From an uncultured Spirochaetota bacterium (GTDB taxonomy: Bacteria > Spirochaetota > Spirochaetia > SZUA-6 > Fen-1364), in assembly GCA_963734545.1 (NCBI GenBank), contig CAVTHO010000004.1, forward strand, positions 160,001 to 224,000: a stretch of 64,000 bases of DNA. Reading direction: 5' to 3'. Of the stretch, positions 32,041 to 44,096 are shown piece after piece; position 1 is the stretch's first letter, and each line of letters starts with the position of its first letter. Under the pieces are notes generated by a model. It was not told the origin of the DNA, searched no databases, and saw only the letters and a program-made list of their open reading frames with translations. The translations under genes and the position numbers were made by a program.

Positions 32041-33468
32041 ATGCCGCAAGGCGTTTTCAATACTGTTCTGGATTCCCGTTCGTATCGCTGGCGCTGGTGG
32101 GCGCTCATAGGCGCGTCCCTGGCGGTCTTCATGGCAGCCCTGGACAGCAACGTGGTGAATGTCGCGCTTCCGGTCATGGCCCGCATCTTCCACGTGGATC
32201 GCGAGATCCGATGGGTGGTCCTGAGCTACATACTTCCGACCACTGCCCTGCTGGGCGCCTTCGGCGCGCTCTCGGACGTCATTGGCCGCAGGCGGATCAC
32301 GTTGATCGGGGTCACGCTTTTCATACTGGGAAGCATCCTTTGCGGAACAGCCCAGTCGCTTCCCCAGATGGTCGCCTACCGCTTGATCCAGGGCATCGGC
32401 GGCTCGGCCATCGGCTCGGCAATACTTGCAATCGCAACGGTGAACTTTGCTCCGGAGGAGCGCGGCAGGGCCATGGCGGTAATCGGGCTGATTGCGCCGC
32501 TCGGGGCGGTGGTGGGACCCAGCCTGGGCGGTCTTCTCATTGGAGCGTTCGGCTGGCCGGCGATCTTCTATATCAACGTGCCGTTCGGGATCGTCGCATT
32601 CACGCTGATCTTCCGGCTCCTGCCGCATGACGAAGCCCGGCAGATCAAGACCTTCGACGTATGGGGAGCGCTTCTCTTCAGCGCCGCGCTGGTCCTGCTG
32701 ATCATGGGGCTCTCCCCTTCCGGCGGCCGGCTCACGAGCCTGGATTTCCTGCTGCTTGCCGGCTGCGCCGCCGCGGTAGCCTTGCTCGTGGTCGTGGAGC
32801 GCCGGGCGGCCAATCCGCTTGCCCCTCCGTCCCTGGTCGGCAAACGCCATTTCACGATCCCTCTGGCCGGTATCATGACCATGGGCATAGTCGGCGCTGG
32901 GCTTGGCTTCATCATGCCGTTCTTCCTCGAGGGGACGCTCGGCATGGGCCCCGAGCGCGCGGGACTGACCCTCCTGTTCTTTCCGCTCGCAATGGCGGCG
33001 GCTTCCCAGGTAGGGGGGCGGTTGTCTGACAGGTTCCATCCGCGGCTTCCGGCCGCCGTGGGCGCAGTCATCTCCCTCATCGGCGTCATTCTCCTCCTGC
33101 CGCTGAACAGCCACTGGAGCATGGCTGACCTTGCGGTCCGATTCGCCATGGTTGGCCTGGGCTTCGGATTCTTCGTATCCCCCAGCAGTGTCGCGGTCAT
33201 GACGGCAACCCCGCGAGATCACGTGGGAGTCGGGGGCGCGCTGGCCAACACGGCAAGGTTCATGGGTTTCGCCCTCGGGCCCACACTTGCCACGGTGTTC
33301 TGGAACCCCGGCCTCACCGCGGCCGTCGGCATGAGCGCCATGCGCGTTGTCGTGTTCATCCTCGTGGGGGTTCAGGCGTTGACGCTTGCCACCGTGCTCG
33401 GCTACCGGGCCCAGCGTGATGCGGGGGAGGCAAAAACGAGCGTGGAGTCTTCCAGCAGCGCTGCCTAG
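32041..33468 (+). CDS. MFS drug efflux transporter, DHA2 (14-TM) family
   Basis: FMAALDSNVVNVALP, GALSDVIGRRR, RLIQGIG, ERGRAM, GPSLGG, WPAIFYINVPFG. Confidence 0.93.
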   Translation: MPQGVFNTVLDSRSYRWRWWALIGASLAVFMAALDSNVVNVALPVMARIFHVDREIRWVVLSYILPTTALLGAFGALSDVIGRRRITLIGVTLFILGSILCGTAQSLPQMVAYRLIQGIGGSAIGSAILAIATVNFAPEERGRAMAVIGLIAPLGAVVGPSLGGLLIGAFGWPAIFYINVPFGIVAFTLIFRLLPHDEARQIKTFDVWGALLFSAALVLLIMGLSPSGGRLTSLDFLLLAGCAAAVALLVVVERRAANPLAPPSLVGKRHFTIPLAGIMTMGIVGAGLGFIMPFFLEGTLGMGPERAGLTLLFFPLAMAAASQVGGRLSDRFHPRLPAAVGAVISLIGVILLLPLNSHWSMADLAVRFAMVGLGFGFFVSPSSVAVMTATPRDHVGVGGALANTARFMGFALGPTLATVFWNPGLTAAVGMSAMRVVVFILVGVQALTLATVLGYRAQRDAGEAKTSVESSSSAA

Positions 33469-33472
33469 TCTG

Positions 33473-34360
33473 CTACGCGGCGGCCCGCGGCCGCCGCGTC
33501 TCTGACTCCTTGTGAAGGGCCACGGCGCCTATCACGAGCAGGACCCCCGCGACTTCCAGGAGCGTCGGCACCTGGCGAAGCACGATGATGCCGATCAGGA
33601 CGGCAGTGGCGGGCAGGATCGAAAGCATGAGAGCAAAGGTTGCCCGGGGAAGCCGTGCCATGGCCAACTGGTCGGTGACGTAGGGGATGACCGAAGAGCA
33701 GATCCCCACGCCGATCCCGGCAAGGATGAGAAGCGGCTTTCCCATGGCAGGCAGGGCGCCGGCAAACCCGATCGGCGTGATCGTGATCAGCGCAACCATC
33801 ATGGCAGCGCCGAGCCGGTCGATTCCCGCGGCCCCACCGTCCTGCGCAATCCTGTGACCCAGGATGATGTAGAGCATGAACAGCGCGCAATTGGCGAACG
33901 CAAATACAAAGCCCAGGGGCTGGCCGCTGATCCGGACGTCAGTCAGGAGCCAGACGCCGGCTGCTGCCAGCAGGAGCGCACCGATGTTGCGCAAGGTCCG
34001 CGAGCCGAGCGCTGCCAGTATGATGGGCCCGAGGAACTCGATTGCCCCCACGGTGCCCAGCGGAACCCGCGCAATCGCAAGATAGAACAGGGCATTCATG
34101 AGGCCGAGCACGACCCCAAGGGCAATCAGGGTCCATCGTCGGGCCCATGATATGCCCATGAACGCGCGCCATGGCCGGCGCCATACCATGAAGACCACCG
34201 CGGCAGCGGCTATCCTGAGCCAAGCCACGCCGAGCACGCTCACCGAGCTGAAGAGCAGGACCGCGAATGCCGGTCCAAGATAGTGGAAGACCGCGCTCAC
34301 GACAAAGTAGGCGTGCGGGGGAATCCTCGATCGCAGGGCTGTTCCGTTCATCTGACCCAT
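33473..34360 (-). CDS. EamA/DMT family transporter (RhtA-like)
   Basis: GVAWLR, MNALFYLAIARVPLGTVGAIEFLGP, SSVIPY; ~10 TM segments. Confidence 0.9.
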   Translation of the reverse strand: MGQMNGTALRSRIPPHAYFVVSAVFHYLGPAFAVLLFSSVSVLGVAWLRIAAAAVVFMVWRRPWRAFMGISWARRWTLIALGVVLGLMNALFYLAIARVPLGTVGAIEFLGPIILAALGSRTLRNIGALLLAAAGVWLLTDVRISGQPLGFVFAFANCALFMLYIILGHRIAQDGGAAGIDRLGAAMMVALITITPIGFAGALPAMGKPLLILAGIGVGICSSVIPYVTDQLAMARLPRATFALMLSILPATAVLIGIIVLRQVPTLLEVAGVLLVIGAVALHKESETRRPRAAA

Positions 34361-34521
34361 TTCGGGTTTTAAGATACAAATGGAAAGACCTGAAAACCAT
34401 GGCTCCTGTCAGGCGCTGTCGTCGCAGATCAGCCGACCCTGGGCGGCCGCGAATCGAAGTTCCTATCCTTTTACCCCCCACACGGTTACATTGTACCTAA
34501 GTCAAAAAGGAGGGTACAAAG

Positions 34522-34866
34522 ATGCCCGAATCTCGAATGAGGGTTGCGCCTGATAATGTGGCATATGCTGACTCGGAGAACCGCAAGCTGATAGTGGAGT
34601 TCGCCATCCCGGGAGCGCCAGCGGAAACCATCGATCTCAAGATGCTGGAAGACAGTGTCCATCTGTCAGCGCTCGCCAGGGACATCGAGTATGTTGCATC
34701 ATTGGCTTTGGGTTGGGCGGTGAAGCCTGACAAAGCCGAAGCGACCTACGAGCACGGCCTGCTTCGAATCGAGGTGCCCTTCAAAGACCCGATGGAAGAT
34801 GCTGTGAAGGTCGTCATCAAGACAGGTGGCGCAGAAACCAAGAAGAAAATAATCGCAGGCAAATGA
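34522..34866 (+). CDS. Hsp20/alpha-crystallin small heat-shock protein
   Basis: EFAIPG and AEATYEHGLLRIEVP; AGGAGG RBS. Confidence 0.88.
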   Translation: MPESRMRVAPDNVAYADSENRKLIVEFAIPGAPAETIDLKMLEDSVHLSALARDIEYVASLALGWAVKPDKAEATYEHGLLRIEVPFKDPMEDAVKVVIKTGGAETKKKIIAGK

Positions 34867-34931
34867 CATACCGCTATTGTCTTGCAATATCCTCGTAGGT
34901 AGTCCCAGAATACCAAACGAAGGGGCAGGCG

Positions 34932-35742
34932 ATGGCTGCAAGAAGACTCATGCTGGCAGGGTTGGTGTTTCTCGCTCTGGCTGCGACTGTTCAGCCGATT
35001 GCCGCGCAGGAAGTCACGATTCCTTTCTCAGAAACTGCAGATACCGGGAACTCTGCACAAGCCGGCCGGTGACGGTCCCTTCCCTGCTCTCGTCTTTCTG
35101 GTCGGATGTGAAGGCAATACACACCCCGCTCCCCCGCTTGTGGAGCAGCATGCCCAGTGGGTCGACAGGCTGGTGGGATGGGGATATGTGACCCTGGAGC
35201 TGGACAGCTTTACTCCCCGCGGCCGTGACGGCTGTGACAAGGCCTTCACGGTCACCGAGGATATGAGGTGCCTTGACGCGTATGCCGCGAAATCGTACCT
35301 GGCAACGCTCCCGTTTGTGGATCCGGACAACGTCGGAGTCATCGGCTGGTCGCACGGGGGATCGACCATATTGTCGATGATAGATGCGTCCTCCGGCGTG
35401 AGGCTCTTGAACAAGCTGGTGAGTCCATTCAAGGCTGCCGTTGCCTTTTATCCAACCTGCCACTCCCTGTATCGTCCTGACACGCCGGTCCTTGTGCTTA
35501 TCGGGAGGAAGGATGACATAACCCCGGCGCGCCTGGCTGAATCCCTGGAGAGAGACTACAAAAGCTCAAGCTGGAATATGGAATTCTCCTTGACGGTGTA
35601 CCCGAATGCGACTCACGGCTTCGATGTGGAGGGATTCAAGGGTGGGTTCGATGTTGATCGCCACCACCTGGATTACGATCCCCAGGCCACCGCTGACGCA
35701 ATCGCCCAGACAAAGGACTTTCTCGCAAAGTACATGCGATAG
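34932..35742 (+). CDS. Secreted dienelactone hydrolase family alpha/beta hydrolase (frameshift ~35025)
   Basis: Signal peptide MAARRLMLAGLVFLALAATVQPIAA; GPFPALV, GWSHGG, LIGRKDD, YPNATHGFD. Confidence 0.85.
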
Positions 35743-35751
35743 ACACCTCTG

Positions 35752-36437
35752 TCACGCGCGCTGCCGCGGCTTGGGGCGCGCACGCGCTTGCGGGGGAAGC
35801 AGCACCGCCTCCAGGATGTCCGCCAGCCATTTCTCGTAGCGGTCTCCCGACCATCCCCTGTCCACAGTCAGCAGCCAGTGCACCTCCGCGCTGCTCAGCG
35901 CCCAGGCAGCCTCTGCCGCCGCATCGACGTCGAGGCCTGGCGCAGCGGACCATTCGCGGAGACCATTCGCACAAAGGCGCGCATCCCCTCCAGTCTCTGC
36001 TCCAGAAGCTTCCCCAGGAGGGTTGCGATCTCCGGCTCTGTTGCCGCGGCGGCGTGCATGACCTGAAACAGCGGGCCGACGCGCGCCATGATCTGCCGCA
36101 TATCGGCTGCGAAGAGCCGCACCTGCTCGCCCTGGCTTTTCGAGCGGCGTACCGCCTGGGGACCTTCCTGCTCCAGCAGGGGACCGCGTCCCGCGTCTCC
36201 CAGCACCGACAGCCCGACGAGGTCGGAAAGAAGGGCACGCTTGCTCCCAAATGTGACATAGACAGTCTCTGGTGAAACCCCTGCCTCACGGGCGATCCTG
36301 CTCACCGTTGCGCCTGAGTAGCCGCGCTCGATGAAGACCCGCCGCGCCGCCTCCAGCACCTGCAGGCGCGTTTCGGCGGCCTGCGCCTTTCGCCGGTCCG
36401 AGGAGTAGGAGCGTTTTGACGTTGTGCGCCTGGACAT
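35752..36437 (-). CDS. TetR/AcrR family regulator (frameshift ~35930)
   Basis: VLEAARRVFIERGYSGATVSRIAREAGVSPETVYVTFGSKRALL. Shifted C-terminus LTVDRGWSGDRYEKWLAD. Confidence 0.9.
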
Positions 36438-36442
36438 ACCTG

Positions 36443-36480
36443 TTGACTCCCTGATCGTATTTTAGTACAGTATAACTGTA
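36443..36480 (+). promoter_or_regulatory. Divergent promoter with a palindromic TetR operator
   Basis: TTGACT-17-TACAGT; palindrome TACAG-TATAA-CTGTA at 36466-36480 in an AT-rich spacer. Confidence 0.6.
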
Positions 36481-36598
36481 ATGAATATCTCAGTACATTA
36501 TCCATTAAATGACCGCTCAGATGATGGACATATACCGTATTCCCCGGGGCGTGTCGATCCCTCTCGGGCGGTCCATTCCACGCTCACAGGAGGTTTTC

Positions 36599-37021
36599 AT
36601 GTCTCAGCAGCATAACGCGGAGGTCTTTCGCACCGTGATGGAAGAGGCGTTCGGCAAGGGCAACGTTGCAGCCCTCGACGGATTGTTCGCCGCAGACGCC
36701 AGGGAGCACCAGTTCGGCATGCCCCCGAACGTCGAGGGCCTGAAAGGCTCGATCATGAACCTGCGTGCCGCTTTCCCCGATCTTACCCTGACCGTGGAGG
36801 AGGTCGTCACGGATGGCGACATGGTCTGGGGCCGGGCCACGGCACGCGGAACCCACCTGGGGCCGTTCATGGGCATGACGCCGAGCAGCAGGAAGTTTGC
36901 CATCCAGGTCTTCGATATGTGCAGATTCGAAGACGGGCGGATCGTCGAGCACTGGGGAGTTCCTGACAGGTTCGCGCTCATGGCGCAGTTGGGCGCTCTT
37001 CCCCGACAGGGAAGTCACTGA
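36599..37021 (+). CDS. SnoaL-like ester cyclase family protein
   Basis: AGGAGG RBS; AAFPDL, GTHLGPFMGMTP, RFEDGRIVEHW. Confidence 0.9.
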   Translation: MSQQHNAEVFRTVMEEAFGKGNVAALDGLFAADAREHQFGMPPNVEGLKGSIMNLRAAFPDLTLTVEEVVTDGDMVWGRATARGTHLGPFMGMTPSSRKFAIQVFDMCRFEDGRIVEHWGVPDRFALMAQLGALPRQGSH

Positions 37022-37100
37022 CCGAAAGTAACAGGAGGAGCTCTGTCCGGAGTTGGGCGCCAGGTCGGGGTTTCGCCGTGCGTACCGCTGATGTTATAGT

Positions 37101-38558
37101 GTGCGCATGCATAAAAAGGCTCGGTCTGGCTCCCTGACTTTCAAGGTCAACTTTATCCTGATCGCGGCGCTTGCCGTGGGAATCGGCGCCATCATGGCTG
37201 CATTCGCCGTCTCCCTTGTTGCCTTTCGCAACCAGCTCACGATCCAGAGTCTCATGAGGCAGGGCGATGATCATTTTGTGGCCGTTGAAACCTTGATGAT
37301 CTCCGGCAATGCGCCGGAGGCTGTGGGTTACTTCACAAAGGTCAATCTCACAAACGCTGCCACGACAATCACCCTCTACAGGAGGGACGGGACAAGGGCT
37401 TTCTCTGACAATAGAACCATCGAGAGGGTGAACCAGAACCTGAAGACGCAGCGGTTCCAGGTCAGGGACCGTCTTCCGCCTCCGGGCCAGACCATGCCGA
37501 CTCCTCGATTTGCCGAGGCTGTCACCCTTCCGCCCCAGGAGGTCTTTTTCAGGGACGACGTCGGCTTTGCCCTTACCGGCGGGAAGGCGTACTTCCGGGC
37601 GTACCGGCCGCTCATCAACCTGCCCAAGTGTACCGTGTGCCACGGCTCTGACCACACGGTGCGAGGCGTCATTGACATCCGAAGTGACGTCACGAGCGTT
37701 GTCCTGGCGCAGGCGTTCAGCATCGGCGGAGCCGGGGCCGGCTTTTTCGTCATGGTGGCGATCCTGGCTCTTGTGATCGGATCATTCCTGCGGCAGGTCG
37801 TGCTGCGGCCCGTGCAGGCCATCGGCAGGGTGTGCGCCCAGGTGACCTCGGGAAACTTCGACGGAAAGGTCGAAGTCCGGAGCAACGACGAAATCGGGGT
37901 CCTTGCCCGCACGGTCAACACCATGGTGGGCGGGCTTCACGAGAGATTCGAGCTCACGAAGTACGTCTCTGCCAGCACAATCGGCTCACTCAAGGCGAGC
38001 CAGGAGCCGAAGCGCGTCCTTCGTACCCTCCTTTTCACGGATGTGCGCGGATTCACCTCGTACACGGAGCGCAGCGGACCTGAGCAGGTCGTGAATGTCC
38101 TGAACCGCATCCTGGAAAAGCAGTCAGAGATCATCCAGAGCTGCGGCGGTGACATCGACAAGTTCGTGGGGGACGCCATCCTGGCGGTTTTCTCCGGAGA
38201 CGAGGCTTCGAGCCGGGCCTGCGCGGCCGCGCTCCGTATTGTCCGCCTCTGCGCGGAGAGCGCGGAGGAGTTCGAGCACCTCGCGGTAGGCGCCGGAATT
38301 GCCGCGGGATCGGTCATCCATGGCATGGTCGGGTCGGCGCGACGGGCTGACTTCACGGTCATAGGAGACTCGGTGAACGTGGCAAGCCGGCTCTGCGGCA
38401 TCGCCAAGGGAATGCAGATCGTCGTGAGCGACGCAATACGAGAGGCGGCAGGGAGCGAGTACCGGTTCAAAGGGCCGTATTCCGCAAAGCTCAAGGGCAA
38501 GAACGAAAGTCAGAATGTCTGGCTTCTCAGCGGCCAGGGAGAGGGGGGCTCACCATGA
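37101..38558 (+). CDS. Membrane class III adenylate cyclase with a periplasmic heme-c (CxxCH) sensor and HAMP domain
   Basis: TM, then PKCTVCHG, TM, HAMP (SNDEIGVLARTVNTM), then FTDVRGFT, DKFVGDAILAVF and DFTVIGDSVNVASRL. Confidence 0.92.
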   Translation: MRMHKKARSGSLTFKVNFILIAALAVGIGAIMAAFAVSLVAFRNQLTIQSLMRQGDDHFVAVETLMISGNAPEAVGYFTKVNLTNAATTITLYRRDGTRAFSDNRTIERVNQNLKTQRFQVRDRLPPPGQTMPTPRFAEAVTLPPQEVFFRDDVGFALTGGKAYFRAYRPLINLPKCTVCHGSDHTVRGVIDIRSDVTSVVLAQAFSIGGAGAGFFVMVAILALVIGSFLRQVVLRPVQAIGRVCAQVTSGNFDGKVEVRSNDEIGVLARTVNTMVGGLHERFELTKYVSASTIGSLKASQEPKRVLRTLLFTDVRGFTSYTERSGPEQVVNVLNRILEKQSEIIQSCGGDIDKFVGDAILAVFSGDEASSRACAAALRIVRLCAESAEEFEHLAVGAGIAAGSVIHGMVGSARRADFTVIGDSVNVASRLCGIAKGMQIVVSDAIREAAGSEYRFKGPYSAKLKGKNESQNVWLLSGQGEGGSP

Positions 38559-39121
38559 CAGGGCAGCGAATCCTTCGGGCGCTGTGGCGCTGTGTCCTGC
38601 CGCTGGCTCTATGGATGCTTGCAGGCTGCGCCGCGGAGAAGACAACCGTGTACGCCACGCCGGACTATCATTCCTGGAAGCGCACCACGGACGTGATCCT
38701 GGACTATCCGATACCGGGCCACCAGGATCGATTCCGCATCCCGAGAATGAACAGTCTCGGTTTCACCGCGCAGCCCTCCATCCAGAACGGCAAGAGACAC
38801 TGGGACTTCCCCGTTGGCACCATCATAGTGAAGGAAGTCTACCAGACGACGAAGCCGGCGCCGGAGGAGCAGCCCATACAGCTCACCATCATGGTGAAGG
38901 CTCCCCGCGACCCCCACTCCCAGGGCGGGTGGCTCTGGATCACCCGTGATCTGCCCGGCGGCAAAGAGGCGGTCTTCATGGGGAACTTCTGCATCACCTG
39001 CCATGCCAACGCCAACGAAAAGCATCCGTACGGCGACGGCAACCCGAACGAAGAGTTCCGCGACTATGTGTTCTTCGTTCCCGCCGAAGGAAGTCCGAGG
39101 CCGGCCGCCGGCTCCTACTAG
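38555..39121 (+). CDS. Cytochrome P460 family lipoprotein
   Basis: LAGC lipobox; DYHSW, FPVGTIIVKE, MVK, GGWLW, C-terminal CITCH, DYVF. ATGA overlap with the cyclase. Confidence 0.82.
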   Translation: MTGQRILRALWRCVLPLALWMLAGCAAEKTTVYATPDYHSWKRTTDVILDYPIPGHQDRFRIPRMNSLGFTAQPSIQNGKRHWDFPVGTIIVKEVYQTTKPAPEEQPIQLTIMVKAPRDPHSQGGWLWITRDLPGGKEAVFMGNFCITCHANANEKHPYGDGNPNEEFRDYVFFVPAEGSPRPAAGSY

Positions 39122-40223
39122 CGGCACGCGGGGATGATGTAGCTCTTCAGCAGATCCCGCTTCAGGGTCACCGGATTCGATATGCGCGGTGAATACGACC
39201 ACGAGGTCCAGCCGGGGCACGACAAAGATACCCTGGCCGTAGCGCCCGCGCGCGGCAAAGAAGGGTACGTCGGTGTCGACCCACCACTGGTAGCTGTATG
39301 ACCACCCGCCGGTTGCCGTGATTTGAGGCAGCCTGGACTCCCGCACCCACGCGGCGGGAACCACCTGCTTTCCTTCCCACAACCCCTTGTGAAGATAGAG
39401 GTATCCCAGCTTCGCCATGTCTCGTGGAGAGAGCCGAAGCCCCCACCCACCAATAGGCAGGCCCTCAGGGTCCCGCTCCCAGCGAGGATTGGAAATGCCC
39501 AGGGGCTCGAAAAGGGAAGCGCGGGCAAAGTCATAGAGATCCTTGCCGCTCGACTTCTGGATTATTGCCGCCAGGATGTGCGAGTTTCCCGAGCTGTAAT
39601 TGAATCGGCTTCCCGGCCTGGCAACCATGGGAAAATCCAGAACAAAACCGATCCAGTCACCGCCGGGCAGCGTGTACATGCGGCTGTACGTTTCATCCGC
39701 TTCCCGCCAGCTCAACCCCGAGCTCATGGTGAGGAGATTCTCCACCGTGAGCGCACGCTTCCGCGAATCAGTGGCGGCAAAGGTACGCCCGGGAAAGAAG
39801 CCGAGCACCGGCCGCGCCGTGTCCGCGATATAGCCCTTGTCGATGGCGATTCCCATGAGGGCGGAAACAAAGCTCTTTGTGCAGGAAAAAAGATCATGGC
39901 TCACGTTCTCATTGTATTGCGAGAAGTACTTCTCCTTGACGATGTAGCCGTGTCGGATCACTACCAGCCCGTGAAGGTCGAGCTCGCGCTGCCTGGCTGC
40001 TTCCAGCACCGCATCCAGCTTTGCCCCGTCCATGCCCTGCGCTTCGGGCGTGGAGGTTCGCCAGCCGTGTGTGGGCCAGAAATCTTCCGCGGTGATCGCA
40101 GGCGCCTCCACGCTGACCTGCGGCATGGGGGATTGAGAGGCGGATGCGGCCTTCCCGAGCAAGACAGCGAGCACGACGACGAAAACAAGATGCGGGAATC
40201 CACCATCTTTTCATTGCGCGCAT
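39118..40223 (-). CDS. Serine hydrolase, beta-lactamase class C family (frameshifts near both ends)
   Basis: SCTKS (SxxK), LLTMSSG, PGSRFNYSS, LFEPLGI, RDMAKLGYLYL, GRYGQ. Confidence 0.88.
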
Positions 40224-40317
40224 GATAGCGAAAAGTCCCGCGCCTGTCCTCGGTGGAAGGCCTTACCTTGACCCCCGGTGCGTGATATTCTTGGCCCGCT
40301 TATGAAAGGAGACACTC

Positions 40318-41352
40318 ATGAAAAAGCTTGTTTACCTGCCGGCGCTGGCGCTCATTGCCGTCGCGCTGCTCGTTGGCTGCGCGCCCAAGTCTTCGGCGCC
40401 GAAGTCGCAGAAGGTGGTTTATCTCATCAACGGGGCCCTCGGGGACAACGCCTTCTATGATTCGGGCAAGGCCGGAATAGACGCCATTGCAAAGCAATAC
40501 GGGGTGGAGACGCGCACCATCGAGTGCAGCTTCGACGCGGCGAAATACCAGCCCGCCCTGCAGGCCGCGGTGGACTACGCGGACGTGATCTTCGTGATCT
40601 CTTACGGGTTCGAGGACCAGCTCAAGGAGATCGCCGACAAGAATCCCTCCAAGGTGTTCGTGAACATCGACACGGTGGTGGAGAACCCGAAGAAGACCAT
40701 CACCTCGGTGGACTACATCGAAGAGGAGAGCGCGTACCTGGCGGGCGTGGTGGCCGGCATGGCCACGACCGACACATCGATCAAGAAGATCAACAAGGAC
40801 AAGATCGTCGGCGTGGTGGGCGGTGACACGGATCCCGTTGTGAGCGCGTTCGTTTTTGCCTACATGAACGGCGTGAAGTCCGTGGATCCCCAGATCAAGG
40901 TGCTCACCAAGGCGCTCGGCGGGGCGTGGGATGATTCCGCAAAGGGCAAGCAGGCCGCTCTCCAGCTCTTCGACCAGAAGGCGGACATCGTGTTCCAGGT
41001 CGCGGCCGCGGCCGGGATCGGGGTCCTGCAGGCAGCCAAGGAGCGGGGGCTGTACGCAATCGGCGTGGACACCAACCAGAACGACATGGAGCCCGGCTCC
41101 GTCATCGCCAGTGACGTGAAGAACGTGGGCGCCTCCATCGAGAAGGTCTTCAAGACCATCAAGGACGGGACCTACAAGCCGGGACAGGTCCTGGCGTCCG
41201 GCATCGCGCAGGGCGGAGTGGACATCGCGCTGGACGCCAAGGTGCAGGTCCTTCCCAAGGCCATCGTGGACAAGGTCATGGATCTGCGCCAGCAGATCGT
41301 GGACGGAAAGCTCGCCGTGGAGCACTACAGCGGCCAGGAAGTCTGGAAGTAA
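40318..41352 (+). CDS. BMP/TmpC family ABC substrate-binding lipoprotein (nucleoside-type)
   Basis: LVGC lipobox; LGDNAFYD, YLAGVVAG, ADIVFQVA, YAIGVDTNQ. Confidence 0.92.
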   Translation: MKKLVYLPALALIAVALLVGCAPKSSAPKSQKVVYLINGALGDNAFYDSGKAGIDAIAKQYGVETRTIECSFDAAKYQPALQAAVDYADVIFVISYGFEDQLKEIADKNPSKVFVNIDTVVENPKKTITSVDYIEEESAYLAGVVAGMATTDTSIKKINKDKIVGVVGGDTDPVVSAFVFAYMNGVKSVDPQIKVLTKALGGAWDDSAKGKQAALQLFDQKADIVFQVAAAAGIGVLQAAKERGLYAIGVDTNQNDMEPGSVIASDVKNVGASIEKVFKTIKDGTYKPGQVLASGIAQGGVDIALDAKVQVLPKAIVDKVMDLRQQIVDGKLAVEHYSGQEVWK

Positions 41353-41429
41353 GTGAATCGGGAGCAGGGCAAGGCGGCGGGGGCACCTGGCCTCCGCCGT
41401 GCGCTCTTCCCGGCTGCTGATCAAGAACC

Positions 41430-43007
41430 ATGACGGACGCCCTCATCCGACTGGAGCACATCGTCAAGGTGTACCCGCCGAACGTCGTGGCGGTGGACGA
41501 CGTGTCCGTCGGCTTTCGACGCGGGGAGATCCACGCCGTTGTGGGGGAGAACGGCGCGGGCAAGAGCACCCTGATGAAGATCCTCTACGGCCTGGTCCCC
41601 CGGGACGCGGGGAGGATCTTCCTGGATTCCCGCCCGGTGAGCTTTCGCCAGCCCGCGGAAGCCATTGCGAGCGGCATCGGCATGGTTCACCAGGAGATCC
41701 TCCTGGTGCCCGAGTACACGGTCTGGCAGAACATCGTCCTGGGCCAGGAGCCCGTGCGGTGGCTCGGCCGCACCGACGTGGCGCGGGCCCGAAAGCTCGT
41801 GCGGAAAAAGATCGAAGAGTTCAGCTTCAGCCTGGACGCCGACGCCCGGGTGGAGGATATCTCCGTGGCAGCGCGCCAGAAGGTGGAGATCCTGAAGCTC
41901 CTGTACCGCAATGTCTCCGTGCTGATCCTGGACGAGCCCACCGCCGTGCTCACGCCGCAGGAGATCCCCCAGCTCTTCGGCGAGCTGGGCCGGCTGCGGG
42001 ACAACGGGCACACCATCCTCTTCATCTCCCACAGGCTGGACGAGGTATTGCGGCTCAGCAACAGGATCACCGTCATGCGCCGGGGAAAGATCGTGGGTAC
42101 CGTTGAAACGGCAGGCACCGGCAAGGAGGAGCTGGCGCGCATGATGGTGGGCAGGGACGTGGTGCTCACCTCGCGCCGCGCCGCCGTACCCGGCGGATTG
42201 GGCGCCGCCGTACCCGGCGGATTTGGCACGGCCCGAGAGGCCGGCCCCCCGGTGTGCGAAATCAAGAGCCTCTCCTACACTGACCCGGAAGGCCGCAGGA
42301 GACTGGCGGACATCAACCTGAGCGTGCGCGCCGGGGAGATCGTCGGAGTGGCGGGAGTCGAAGGAAACGGCCAGCTCGAGCTGGTGAACACCATAATCGG
42401 CCTGCTGGAGCCCACGGAGGGCCACGTCTACGTGAAGGGACAGGAGGTCACCGGCCTGCCCATCATCAAGAGGCGCTCACTCATCTCTTTTGTTCCACAA
42501 GACAGGGGCAGGATGGGCGCGAGCCTCGGCGCCTCTATCATGGAAAACGTGATCATGACGCATCACCGGCTGGATGGCCGGTTTTCCCAGTGGAAGGGCC
42601 TGCTCCTCAACTACGCGGTTTGCCCGGCGCTTCACCGACGAGCTGGAGCGGAAGTTCTCCGTGTCCATGGCGTCCAGCCTGGCGCCGTTCAGCTCCCTCT
42701 CCGGCGGCAATCAGCAGAAGGTGATCCTGGGCCGCGAGCTCCTCCTGGAAAGCCCGTTCGTTCTGCTGGATCAACCCACGCGAGGCCTCGACGTGGGCTC
42801 GATCGAATACGTGCACGGACAGATTCTCAGGATACGGGGGGAGGACAGGGCCATTCTCCTCGTGTCGGCCGACCTGGAGGAGCTCTTCCTCATTGCGGAC
42901 AGGATCGTCGTGCTGCACCGGGGCGAGCTGGTGGCGGATCTCCCCGTGGAAGGGACGAGTGTCGAGGAGGTGGGCTACCTCATGCTCGAGGGACGGGCCA
43001 GGGCGTC

Positions 43008-43011
<4 letters not shown>
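41430..43011 (+). CDS. CUT2 nucleoside/sugar ABC ATP-binding protein (frameshift ~42620)
   Basis: [30 protein letters not shown], then LSGGNQQK and QPTRGLDVG in ORF 42574-43011. Confidence 0.92.
42178..42223 (+). repeat. In-frame 24-bp tandem duplication in the ATPase linker
   Basis: GCGCCGCCGTACCCGGCGGATT at 42178 and 42202, encoding [16 protein letters not shown]. Confidence 0.85.

Positions 43012-44092
<1,081 letters not shown>

Positions 44093-44096
<4 letters not shown>

Noticed and set aside
38609-39117. Long C-terminal extension of the serine hydrolase antisense to cytochrome P460
   Set aside because: Caused by a frameshift at ~39165; the natural end (RDLLKSYIIPACR*) is at 39118.
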